Notes under the pieces: model-generated
The model's database searches: none
What the model saw: the letters and a program-made list of their open reading frames with translations, nothing else
Told to the model about the DNA's origin: nothing
Shown: positions 1 to 8,079 of the stretch, piece by piece
Position numbering within the stretch: position 1 is the first letter of the stretch
Layout: the number at the start of each line of letters is the position of its first letter
Position numbers and translations under genes: made by a program
From: Actinomycetota bacterium
GTDB taxonomy: Bacteria > Actinomycetota > Acidimicrobiia > Acidimicrobiales > Aldehydirespiratoraceae
NCBI GenBank assembly: GCA_039188975.1
Contig: JBCCYT010000004.1
Span: forward strand, 258-64,257
Length of the DNA stretch: 64,000 nucleotides
Direction: 5' to 3'

Positions 1-630
1 TGCGGGCAAAACGCAGAGCACCAGCGGCAACAGCATCAGCACCGGAAGTCGACGGGCCCTTGTCTGGGCACTGCGCCGCCGAACGTCGCGAGCCTCGGCG
101 GCGGCACGAGCGAGGTTGGGGCCGAGCGGCGCCCCGTCGCGGGTTGCCGCAACGATGACCGCGATTGGCCTCCGCCCAGATGGCGGCAACCCGCGCCCGA
201 GGTGGACGAACACGTCCGCCACCGGCGCGCCCGCATCGAGCCGGTCGAGCGAACCAGACACGACCTCTCGGAGCGACCCCGGTAGCCACGGTGAGATCGT
301 TCGCAACGCCGCCGGTAGCGACAACCCCGCCGACACGGCCAAACCGAGCTGGTCGATCATGTCGGGGAGAGCGGCCTCGAGTGATCGCTCTCGCATCGAG
401 GTTGCAGCTCGTTCCCGCCAAACACCGACCGCAACGAGAACGGAAGGACCCGCCACCAGCAACGGAGGAACGATCGCGGCGGCGACCACCGAACCGGCAA
501 CGCCGAACACGATCTCGCGGTCTCGAACCCGACACAACGACGGAACCCGAGGCTGCACCACCCGGCGAATCGCATCGACCCATCGCCCGCGCGCGCTCGG
601 AACTCCGCCCAGGGGCCGAGGTGCACTCAC
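1..630 (-). CDS. TadC-like type II secretion system F-family membrane protein; the 3' end runs off the left edge
   Basis: I translated the minus strand by hand from GTG at 630-628: VSAPRPLGG...LPDMIDQLGLAVSAGLSLPAAL...RRLPVLMLLPLVLCVLPA. The frame stays open to position 1. It is missing from the ORF track because it has no stop in the window. The GspF/TadC-like motif and its position directly after the TadB-like gene support the call. Confidence 0.55.
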   Translation of the reverse strand, partial: MSAPRPLGGVPSARGRWVDAIRRVVQPRVPSLCRVRDREIVFGVAGSVVAAAIVPPLLVAGPSVLVAVGVWRERAATSMRERSLEAALPDMIDQLGLAVSAGLSLPAALRTISPWLPGSLREVVSGSLDRLDAGAPVADVFVHLGRGLPPSGRRPIAVIVAATRDGAPLGPNLARAAAEARDVRRRSAQTRARRLPVLMLLPLVLCVLPA

Positions 631-640
631 CGGCGGGCCT

Positions 641-1279
641 TCATCGCACCGCCTCGACGAGCCGCCGCATCCACCAGAACCCGACCACGTCGAGCGCCAG
701 CCCCACGACGAGACAGAACCAACCCAGCGGTGAGGTGAGCAGCATCGTCAGACCGCGAGGGTCAGCGACACCGAGGACGAGAAGAAAGGCAGGTGGCGCC
801 GCCGCGATCATGAACGCAGACGCTCGGCTCTGGGCTGACAGGGACCGAAGTTCGGCGACCAGTTCCTCGCGTTCCTGCAGGATCAACGCCGCTCGATCGA
901 GGGCATCGGCAAGCGCTGCGCCTGTGGCGATACCCAGCCGAAGCACACCGCGAACGAGTGCGCCATCGGCGGGGGCAAGCGACTCGGTCCAGCGGTCGAG
1001 TTCCTCACCCAGCGAACCACCACAGGCCAAACGGCGGTGCACCTCCCCAAGCCCGAGATCGACCGCAGGGTCGATCGACCCGGTGGCCGACGCAAGCGTC
1101 GCACCACCCCGAAGTTCGCGGGAGAGGAGTTCCAGCACGAGCGCCAGGTCACCGCCGTCGCGATGCGTCCGCCACGAAGCAATGCGGTCGCGCCATCTCG
1201 ATGAACGGGCCCGCGTCGCGGTGAGCGGGCGGGGCCGAGCCCGTCCCCAACGGCGGGGGCGGAAGCTCATGCGGACCAC
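641..1279 (-). CDS. TadB-like type II secretion system F-family membrane protein
   Basis: 212-aa ORF with a hydrophobic C-terminus (LLTSPLGWFCLVVGLALDVVGFWWM). It overlaps the stop of the upstream CpaF-type ATPase gene, so it looks like operon context. Confidence 0.55.
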   Translation of the reverse strand: MVRMSFRPRRWGRARPRPLTATRARSSRWRDRIASWRTHRDGGDLALVLELLSRELRGGATLASATGSIDPAVDLGLGEVHRRLACGGSLGEELDRWTESLAPADGALVRGVLRLGIATGAALADALDRAALILQEREELVAELRSLSAQSRASAFMIAAAPPAFLLVLGVADPRGLTMLLTSPLGWFCLVVGLALDVVGFWWMRRLVEAVR

Positions 1280-2313
1280 CGCCGGTGCACCTCACCGTCG
1301 CCGACGTCGGCGATCTCGACGATCCGACGCCGGCCGTCTGGGGTCCGGGCAACATGCACGATCACGTCGATCGCCCGAGCCATCTGGCTACGGACCGCAT
1401 CGAGCGGAAACCCCTCGCCTCCCACCACGGCCAAACTCTCGAGCCGTCGGAGCGCATCGAGCGGACCGTTGGCGTGCACGGTCGACAAGCAACCGCGATG
1501 ACCCGTATTGAGGGCCTGCATCAGGTCGAAGGCCTCGTCCCCTCGCACCTCGCCGAGCACCAACCGATCGGGACGCATCCGCAGCGCATTCCGCACGAGT
1601 TCGCGCATCGTCACCCGACCGACGAGTTCGGCCGACTCGGGGCGGGTTTCGAGCCGGACCACGTGCGGGTGGGGAAGCCGGAGTTCGGCTGCGTCTTCGG
1701 CAGTGACGACCCGCTCGACGGAATCGACCCGCGCGGCGATCGCATTGAGCAAGGTCGTCTTTCCCGCGCCGGTGCCACCGCTGACGATGATGTTGCGATG
1801 ATGGGCAACGTCCGCTTCGAGCAGGCGGGCTGCCTCGCACCCGAACGCGGCGAGCTCGACGGCGCGGAGAACGAATCGACGAATCGTCACGTACGGCCCA
1901 TCGAGCGCGATGGGCGGCACGACGATGTGCACCCGGCTGCCGTCGGCCAGCCGTCCATCGACACACGGCGATCGTTGGTCGACCCGGCGGCCGATGGGCA
2001 CGACCAGCCGTTCGACGAGCAAATCGATCTCGGCGCGGTCGAGGGTGAGATCGGTGACGTGGATGACACCGTCTCGTTCCACCCAGACAGGCCCGGCGCC
2101 GTTGACCATCACTTCGCTCACCGTGGGGTCGGTCAGCAGTGGGTCGATCGCGCCGAGTCCGAGACGACGGGCTCGAACGAGCCGCAGCACATCATCGCGA
2201 TCGTCGCGAGGGAGCAGTGGGGCGAACCCGGCCAACACCTCCATCGGTGAGTCATCGGGATACTCGAGCAGGTGATGCTGGACCTGCTCGACCAGGGATC
2301 GCAGGCCGGTCAT
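1267..2313 (-). CDS. CpaF/TadA-type secretion ATPase (actinobacterial 'helicase/secretion neighbourhood' ATPase type)
   Basis: Walker A motif VSGGTGAGKTTLLNAIA and VirB11/CpaF-like blocks (RLVLGEVRGDEAFDLMQALNTGHRG). The start is trimmed to ATG 2313, which forms an ATGA overlap with the upstream stop at 2310-2312. Confidence 0.85.
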   Translation of the reverse strand: MTGLRSLVEQVQHHLLEYPDDSPMEVLAGFAPLLPRDDRDDVLRLVRARRLGLGAIDPLLTDPTVSEVMVNGAGPVWVERDGVIHVTDLTLDRAEIDLLVERLVVPIGRRVDQRSPCVDGRLADGSRVHIVVPPIALDGPYVTIRRFVLRAVELAAFGCEAARLLEADVAHHRNIIVSGGTGAGKTTLLNAIAARVDSVERVVTAEDAAELRLPHPHVVRLETRPESAELVGRVTMRELVRNALRMRPDRLVLGEVRGDEAFDLMQALNTGHRGCLSTVHANGPLDALRRLESLAVVGGEGFPLDAVRSQMARAIDVIVHVARTPDGRRRIVEIADVGDGEVHRRWSA

Positions 2314-2999
2314 GACGCCAACGGGTCGAGGGTCCGCAGCGAACGCGGCAACCGCGAGCTCAGCAGACCAGCATCGACCGACCGGGCGACGGCCGGATCG
2401 AGAACGAGGCGGCGCCACACCGGCACCCCCACCGCGGTGGCGACATCGTCAGCCCGTAGAGCCCGCCCCGGCTCCTCGATGACCACCAACCGAGCACGCG
2501 ACGGCAAGGTACCGGTGCGGCGAACGGCCAAGTAGCAAGCCCGCACCACCACGATTTCCTCGGCGCAGCCGCCCGCCCAGTGCACATCCGCAGCCACCCC
2601 GGCATCGACGATCACGGTGCGCGATGAGGCAGCGCATACGCGTGCGAGCACATCGAGGCGCGTGTCGGCTGGCAAACCGCCGCGAGCGAGCAACCGAAGG
2701 TGCGGCGCGACGTCGAGTTCGAGCGCCGCGAGGCCATCGAGCGGGACGTCGATGCCGCCGAGCCAATCGGTGACCCCCACATCCGGCGACGGGACTCCGA
2801 GGAGCTCGGGTTGATCGCCGGCCAGGTCGATCAACAACGTTTCGGCTCCCGAGCGGGAGCACTGCATGGCCATGGCGGCAGCCACGACCGAGGTTCCGAC
2901 GCCGCCCTTGGGCGATCGACAGATGATGAACACGACAGACTCCCGGAGACAGGGGCTCGACGGGGAAGTCGTGGTGGGTCCGGCCCTGAGGGCCGTCAC
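2310..2999 (-). CDS. CpaE/MinD-like P-loop protein (deviant Walker A)
   Basis: N-terminal motif VVFIICRSPKGGVGTSVVAAAMA, and translationally coupled to the CpaF-type ATPase gene. Confidence 0.6.
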   Translation of the reverse strand: MTALRAGPTTTSPSSPCLRESVVFIICRSPKGGVGTSVVAAAMAMQCSRSGAETLLIDLAGDQPELLGVPSPDVGVTDWLGGIDVPLDGLAALELDVAPHLRLLARGGLPADTRLDVLARVCAASSRTVIVDAGVAADVHWAGGCAEEIVVVRACYLAVRRTGTLPSRARLVVIEEPGRALRADDVATAVGVPVWRRLVLDPAVARSVDAGLLSSRLPRSLRTLDPLAS

Positions 3000-3032
3000 C
3001 TGACCCTAAACATCGACGCGTACGATGCCAAC

Positions 3033-3836
3033 GTGACCGAGGCCGCATTCTTCGATCTCGACAAGACCGTCATCGCCAAAGCCGCGATGCTCGCCTTTGG
3101 TCCCCGCCTTCACCAGGAGGGCATGCTCAACCGCTGGCTGGTCGCCCGCGCCCTGTGGGGCCAGATGGTCTTTCGGTACCTCGGTGCCGACGAGAGCCGG
3201 ATGGAAAAGATGCGGGAGACGGCCTTGAAGGTCGCATCCGGGTGGGAGAAGGAACGGATCTCCAACCTCGTCGACGAGGCGCTGACCGAGGTGATCGACC
3301 CACTCGTGTACGCCGAAGCACTCGAACTCATCGAATCCCATCAAGACGCCGGTCGCCGGGTCTATCTCGTGTCCGCATCACCGGAAGAGATCGTGATGCC
3401 GCTCGCCCGGCATCTCGGGGTCGATGCCGCAATCGCCACCCGGGCTCGGATCGATGCTGCTGGCCGGTACACCGGAGAAGTCGAGTTCTACTCTGCCGGC
3501 GAGCACAAGGTCACCGCCATCGAGGCCGAGCAGGAACGCTACGGCCTCGACCTCGACGGCTCGTACGCGTACTCCGACTCCGTCACCGATCTTCCGATGC
3601 TCGAACGGGTTGGGCATCCGGTCGCGGTCAACCCAGACAAAGCGCTGCTGAAGGAAGCCATCGACCGAGGGTGGGAGATCCGGGTCTTCGAAAACCCTCA
3701 GCCGCTGCGGGAAGGACGCACGGTTCGCCCGCCGAAACCGTCGACCGTTGCGTCGATCGCAGGTGGAGCCGCAATGGGTGCTGCCTGGTGGTGGCGGGCC
3801 AAGCGCCCGGTGCCGAAACGGCGGTGGATCCGTTGA
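3033..3836 (+). CDS. HAD-IB family hydrolase (SerB-like) with a C-terminal hydrophobic tail
   Basis: HAD motif I FFDLDKTVI, plus later VYLVSASPEEIV and YSDSVTDLPML. The in-frame GTG at 3033 is chosen as start; the upstream part of ORF 2700.. overlaps the divergent gene. Confidence 0.75.
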   Translation: MTEAAFFDLDKTVIAKAAMLAFGPRLHQEGMLNRWLVARALWGQMVFRYLGADESRMEKMRETALKVASGWEKERISNLVDEALTEVIDPLVYAEALELIESHQDAGRRVYLVSASPEEIVMPLARHLGVDAAIATRARIDAAGRYTGEVEFYSAGEHKVTAIEAEQERYGLDLDGSYAYSDSVTDLPMLERVGHPVAVNPDKALLKEAIDRGWEIRVFENPQPLREGRTVRPPKPSTVASIAGGAAMGAAWWWRAKRPVPKRRWIR

Positions 3837-5224
3837 GCGACGACCACGGCCATGGCGACCCCAGCCACGACCACAGCGACAGCCACGGTCACGGGCACAG
3901 TCACGGCCACGGCCACGGCCACGGCCTGGAAGGAGGCTGGTCCCAATGGGCGGCCGTGCCGATGCTGCGAATCGTCGCCGGGTTGGTCGCCGTCACCGCG
4001 TTCCTCACCCTGATCGCAGTCGTTGCCCTCTGGCCGACGGGCGAAGGTCGACGGCAGGCGATCGCCAACGCCGATGACCTCGGACTCGTCAGCGACCGGG
4101 TCAATGCCACGGTGCAAGAACAACGCGACGGCCCGTGCAGCTACTCGACCGACGAGAACCCGCAAACCTGTCGTGAAGTCACCCTCATCGTCGAGTCGGG
4201 GCCGGAGGCAGGAGCGCTGGTGATCCTGCCCGAGATCAATCTCCGGTTCGACAGTTCGATCCCGAGCATGTCGCCGGGGGACGCCGTCATTCTCGGCTAC
4301 GAGCCAACGACGAATACGTATTTCTTTGCCGACCTCGACCGTCGGGTTCCGCTGCTGTGGCTCGCAGTGCTCTTCGCCGTGTTCATCATCGGCTTCGGCC
4401 GGTCTCGAGGCGTACTGGCACTGTCATCGATGGCATTCACGATCGTTGCCCTCGTCGGCTTCATCGCGCCGTCGGTGCTCGACGGCAACAACGCGCTGCT
4501 CGTCGCGGTCGTCGGCGCGTCAGCCATCGCCTTCATCAGCTTGTACGTGACCCACGGATTTTCGCCGACGACAACCGTCGCGCTCGCCGGCACCCTCGGT
4601 GCGCTCGGACTCACCCTTGCCCTGTCGTGGATCTTCTTCGAGCTGACCCGTATCACCGGCCTCGGCACCGAAGAAGCGCTGATCCTGCCATTCATCGCCG
4701 CCGACATCGATCTCGCTGCTCTCCTGCTCGGCGGCGCCGTCATCGGGGCGCTCGGCGCACTCGATGACATCACGATCACCCAGGTCGCCACCGTCGCCGA
4801 GATTCACGACCGGCGCCCTGACCTCAGCCGCCGGGAGCTGTTCGCATCGGGTATCCGCATCGGCCAGGAACACATTGCGTCGACCGTCAACACACTGCTG
4901 TTGGCGTACGTCGGTGCGAGCATGCCGCTGCTCTTGCTCTTCTCGACGTCGGATCAATCGCTCGACACCGTCGCCAGTTCGGAACTGATCGCCGTGGAGA
5001 TCGTGCGCACCCTGTGCGGGTCGATGGGCCTGGTGGCTGCCGTCCCGATCACCACCGCGATGGCTGCGCTCGTCGTCACGGGGCGAGGGGCAAACGAAGA
5101 ACCCGTCGAGCGGCACGCCGAGACACCACCAACCGTGCAACCGCCCGTCGACCCCGACCCGAACCCCGAACCATCGTCGGCGCGTTGGGAGGACTTCTCA
5201 CCAGAGGAATCCGACGGGCTCTAG
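3833..5224 (+). CDS. YibE/F family membrane protein with a His-rich N-terminus
   Basis: Multi-TM body with GALGALDDITITQVATVAEI, which is typical of YibE/F. The N-terminus reads DDHGHGDPSHDHSDSHGHGHSHGHGHGHG. The start is uncertain: TTG 3833 overlaps the HAD stop, and the next in-frame ATG (PMLRIV) lies near 3960. Confidence 0.65.
   Translation: MSDDHGHGDPSHDHSDSHGHGHSHGHGHGHGLEGGWSQWAAVPMLRIVAGLVAVTAFLTLIAVVALWPTGEGRRQAIANADDLGLVSDRVNATVQEQRDGPCSYSTDENPQTCREVTLIVESGPEAGALVILPEINLRFDSSIPSMSPGDAVILGYEPTTNTYFFADLDRRVPLLWLAVLFAVFIIGFGRSRGVLALSSMAFTIVALVGFIAPSVLDGNNALLVAVVGASAIAFISLYVTHGFSPTTTVALAGTLGALGLTLALSWIFFELTRITGLGTEEALILPFIAADIDLAALLLGGAVIGALGALDDITITQVATVAEIHDRRPDLSRRELFASGIRIGQEHIASTVNTLLLAYVGASMPLLLLFSTSDQSLDTVASSELIAVEIVRTLCGSMGLVAAVPITTAMAALVVTGRGANEEPVERHAETPPTVQPPVDPDPNPEPSSARWEDFSPEESDGL
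3902..3925 (+). repeat. (CACGGC)x4 hexanucleotide microsatellite encoding HGHGHGHG
   Basis: Read directly: cacggc cacggc cacggc cacggc, preceded by imperfect His/Gly/Ser codon repeats from about 3842. Confidence 0.9.
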
Positions 5225-5868
5225 TCAGCAGCGTCGTTGGCGGCCGCCTCCCCAGCCGCCCGGAGCAGAACATAGAGCGCTCCGATGGTCGGATCGACCT
5301 CACCCTGGGGGACCGGTAGGTCGTAGCGGACGATCGTTCGGTCGTCGGGCAACGCCGCTCCTTGGGCGCCCAGGCCGTGCAGCACGCCTCGCATCGCTCG
5401 ATTCTCCGCCAAGACGTCGAAGCGCAAACTGCGTAGCTCGAGGATGCTGGCGGTGCTGAGCAGCAGCTCCATCAACAAACCGCCGAGCCCCCTTCCTTGA
5501 TAGGCGTCGACGACGGCGAGCGTCGCTTCTGCCACCTCGGGGTCGTCCGCATCGATGAACAACCGGGCGACACCGACGGCCAGGCCCGATTCGTCGTCGA
5601 CCTCGGACGCTTCAGAGGGGTCGAAGACCCCCCAGGCATACTGCCGATCGTCGTCGACCGCCGTCAGGCTGTCTTCCGCACCGGGCGTCAGACGAGGCGT
5701 CGGGGTGAAGAATCGGTAGTAGCGCGACTGCTCGGAGAAACGTTCGAAGGCGCCACGAAGCGCCGGGCCATCTCCGGTTCGGCCCGGCCGGATCCGAACC
5801 CGCGAACCATCGCCGAGCTCCAGATCGATGCCCGCCGGGTCGAGCGGTAAATCCCAGACGAGTTTCAT
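5221..5868 (-). CDS. GNAT family N-acetyltransferase
   Basis: Acetyl-CoA binding motif VVDAYQGRGLGGLLMELLL in a 215-aa ORF. Confidence 0.7.
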   Translation of the reverse strand: MKLVWDLPLDPAGIDLELGDGSRVRIRPGRTGDGPALRGAFERFSEQSRYYRFFTPTPRLTPGAEDSLTAVDDDRQYAWGVFDPSEASEVDDESGLAVGVARLFIDADDPEVAEATLAVVDAYQGRGLGGLLMELLLSTASILELRSLRFDVLAENRAMRGVLHGLGAQGAALPDDRTIVRYDLPVPQGEVDPTIGALYVLLRAAGEAAANDAAD

Positions 5869-5897
5869 GAACTCAGCCTGGCTGACTCACGGTCCGT

Positions 5898-5978
5898 TCA
5901 GACGTCTCGGACCTTGCGGGAGAGCATGGCCAGCAACGCAACCAGGACTGCGATCAACACGATGCGGTTCTTCGACAT
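5898..5978 (-). CDS. possible 26-aa single-TM micro-protein
   Basis: My own translation gives MSKNRIVLIAVLVALLAMLSRKVRDV*. It is too short to be in the ORF track, and the only evidence is the hydrophobic core. Confidence 0.25.
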   Translation of the reverse strand: MSKNRIVLIAVLVALLAMLSRKVRDV

Positions 5979-6073
5979 GGACCCCACGCTAATCAACCCC
6001 AGCGCCGGTGTCTGGTCGGCGCGCGCACCACACAACGCGTGGGACGGTCAGCCACACCGATAGGGTCGTCCGT

Positions 6074-6169
6074 GGAGGTGTCCGAGCGCCTGGTGGGCTC
6101 CCCCGCCTTCAAAGCGGGTGGGATGGGTGATCCCTGTCCGGCGGGTTCGATTCCCGTCCACCTCCGCCA
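6074..6169 (+). tRNA. selC: tRNA-Sec (anticodon UCA), 96 nt including encoded CCA
   Basis: Acceptor GGAGGTG.../...CACCTCC-G-CCA. Anticodon arm is CCCGC-CTTCAAA-GCGGG, and I recall the same CTTCAAA loop in E. coli selC. There is a long variable arm (GGGAT-GGGTG-ATCCC) and a T arm GCGGG-TTCGATT-CCCGT. Confidence 0.8.
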
Positions 6170-6200
6170 CTCAGGCTTCCCCACCCGGCCGTCTCTTGAC

Positions 6201-6647
6201 ATGACGACGACAACACGTCGTACCGTCAAGCGCATGGCGTCCTCGACCGAACCGCACACCCCGACCACACGACTCGATGTGGAGCGGAACGTCTGGATGG
6301 CGACAACTCGACCGGACGGGAGACCGCACCTTGCCCCTGTGTGGTTCGTCTATGTCGACAATCGCATCTGGATCGGCACTGGGGCCGGGTCGGTCCGGGT
6401 CGCCAACCTCACAGCAGACCCCAGGGCAGCTGTCTCGCTCGAGGATGGCAACACACCGATCGTCGCCGAAGGCACCGTCACGATCCATGTCGACCTGCGA
6501 CCGGCCGCGGTCGTTGCTGCCTTCGCCGAAAAGTACGACTGGGACATCCGCATCGCTGACGACGAGGATGTGGGCCGGGTTGTCTTACTCGAACTCCGCC
6601 CGACGAAGTGGCTGTTCGTCGATCTCGCCACCGTCGCCGCGGAGTGA
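6201..6647 (+). CDS. pyridoxamine 5'-phosphate oxidase (PPOX) family protein
   Basis: Contains WMATTRPDGRPHLAPVWFVYVDNRIWIGT, typical of the PPOX/F420-type split barrel. The start is ATG 6201 or 6234, because the upstream part of the ORF overlaps the tRNA. Confidence 0.7.
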   Translation: MTTTTRRTVKRMASSTEPHTPTTRLDVERNVWMATTRPDGRPHLAPVWFVYVDNRIWIGTGAGSVRVANLTADPRAAVSLEDGNTPIVAEGTVTIHVDLRPAAVVAAFAEKYDWDIRIADDEDVGRVVLLELRPTKWLFVDLATVAAE

Positions 6648-6679
6648 CCGCCGCGCCCGCTGGGGTGGGGTGCGGTGCG

Positions 6680-7414
6680 TCAGCGCGCGGCCTCGAGACA
6701 GTCGGTGAGGAACTGCCCGTACGCATCCAGCGCAGCCGAACCGCTCTGCGCGAGCGAGGCAACCGCAGCCGGATGATCGGCGAGGAACCGATTCATCTGC
6801 CGCCGATTGAAGACGGTATGGCCCTGGTCGAGTTCGATGTGATCGTTCAGGAAGCTGAGCAGGCCGATGCGGTCGGCCCCGCACACCCGAGCGACGTTGC
6901 CCATCAACATCGGTCCAGCGGTGATCGAGAGCAGTTCGATCTCGTACTCGATCGCAATCTGCGCAAACGGTTCCGTGCCGGCGATCACCGACTCGTGGAG
7001 ATCGATGTAGGCCTGTACGCCAGGGCTCACTGGCTGATCGAGGATCTCGCCCGCCGCGAGCGCGGCCTCGGGATGATCTCGATTCCACCGCTCGATCAGC
7101 GCATGGGTGTCGGCGATCATCATCTCGTGGTGACCTGCCTCGTGGACGGCGTGGCGCTGCAGCGCCTCACCGAGCTCGACGTGGCCCGCTGCGCTCGTCG
7201 CCGCACCCGCCCGACGAATCCAGCCGTCGACCGGCTCGGTCATCTGGACACCTCGTGCGCAGTACTGGATGAGAAACCGGTCGAGGAGGTTGGGGGCGGC
7301 GTTCGGATCGCTCAGCGTGGTGATGGTCGCGGACGTGAAAAACGCCTTCCGCGACGAGTCGACGAGCGGCTCGTACCGTTCGGCGACGAGGTCAACCCGT
7401 GTCTCGGTGGTCAT
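6680..7414 (-). CDS. heme-oxygenase-like iron-containing redox enzyme family protein (PqqC/CADD/HDO-like fold)
   Basis: 244 aa and predicted helical. Candidate metal-ligand motifs are HAVHEAGHHEMM and DHIELDQGH. It has a 4-nt overlap with the upstream acyltransferase gene. Confidence 0.5.
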   Translation of the reverse strand: MTTETRVDLVAERYEPLVDSSRKAFFTSATITTLSDPNAAPNLLDRFLIQYCARGVQMTEPVDGWIRRAGAATSAAGHVELGEALQRHAVHEAGHHEMMIADTHALIERWNRDHPEAALAAGEILDQPVSPGVQAYIDLHESVIAGTEPFAQIAIEYEIELLSITAGPMLMGNVARVCGADRIGLLSFLNDHIELDQGHTVFNRRQMNRFLADHPAAVASLAQSGSAALDAYGQFLTDCLEAAR

Positions 7415-8019
7415 CGGGGTGCTCCTGTCAGTTGGTCCTCAGAGGGGTTGGTTCGGTCGTCGACCGCAACGGCGGCCCGCAGATCGGCGATGTAGGGGGA
7501 CACGTCGTCGACCAAACGGCAGATCATGGGCACGACGGGCACCTGTTCAACCGGGTGGTGAAACTCGGGGCCAACGGCGTAGCCACCGGTGCGTTCGACG
7601 AGTGACACCGCCTGAGGACGAAGCGCTCCGACCAGATGGGTTGCACCCGCTTCGATTGCTCCCATGCCGAGGGCACCCAAGAGTTGGGCGCCGGCGGACG
7701 ATCGGCGCCTCGCGGCGTCGACGCAGAACATCGACCCATTCGACGCAACGCTGCCGGCCGGCAGGTGCGGCTCGAAATCGAAGAGCTCATCGCTGGGAAA
7801 CCCGAGGGGAGACGGGTTGGTCAGCCGAACGGTGCCAACGATCTCGTTGCCCTCGACCGCGATGTAGACGGTGTTCTCCTCGACCGTGTCGAAAATGTCG
7901 AACAAAGGGTCGTCCCCGGAGCCCCGCACGATGCCTTCACCAATGAAGACATCCCGCCGTAATGCGAAGGCTCCGGCGAGATCCGCCGCCGAAGTCGCCC
8001 GTCTGATTTCGATCGCCAT
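7411..8019 (-). CDS. GNAT-fold N-acyltransferase (N-acyl amino acid synthase / autoinducer-synthase-like)
   Basis: Begins AFALRRDVFIGEGIV...VYIAVEGNEIVGTVRLTNPSPLGFPSDELFDF, which resembles the FeeM/Acetyltransf_5 type. 202 aa. Confidence 0.5.
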   Translation of the reverse strand: MAIEIRRATSAADLAGAFALRRDVFIGEGIVRGSGDDPLFDIFDTVEENTVYIAVEGNEIVGTVRLTNPSPLGFPSDELFDFEPHLPAGSVASNGSMFCVDAARRRSSAGAQLLGALGMGAIEAGATHLVGALRPQAVSLVERTGGYAVGPEFHHPVEQVPVVPMICRLVDDVSPYIADLRAAVAVDDRTNPSEDQLTGAPR

Positions 8020-8079
8020 GCCCTGTACATCGTCGGCGTGACCCGAAGTCCGTCGCCGCCAGAACCCCTTTTTTGCGGA

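Noticed and set aside
116-1511. Long plus-strand ORFs (116..733 and 165..1511) across the Tad-like genes
   Set aside because: Their composition is Arg/Pro/Ser/Thr-rich and they have no motifs. They lie antisense to minus-strand genes that have clear family signatures. This is the typical shadow-ORF artefact of high-GC DNA.
3155-3832. A 226-aa N-terminal extension of the YibE/F ORF (ORF 3155..5224)
   Set aside because: It lies out of frame over the well-supported HAD-IB gene and has an Arg-rich, nonsense-like composition. The real gene begins at or after 3833.
3842-3925. CRISPR-like or other interspaced repeats (the His-codon repeats here, and the PDST repeats at 21542..21601)
   Set aside because: Both are short in-frame tandem coding repeats without spacers. 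They are not CRISPR arrays.
6074-6169. An alternative reading of the tRNA as tRNA-Ser, and selC as the boundary of an integrated island
   Set aside because: The anticodon loop reads CTTCAAA (UCA), which is not a Ser anticodon, so Sec is preferred. No integrase, att-like duplicate of the tRNA 3' end, or compositional break was seen downstream, so I do not call an island.
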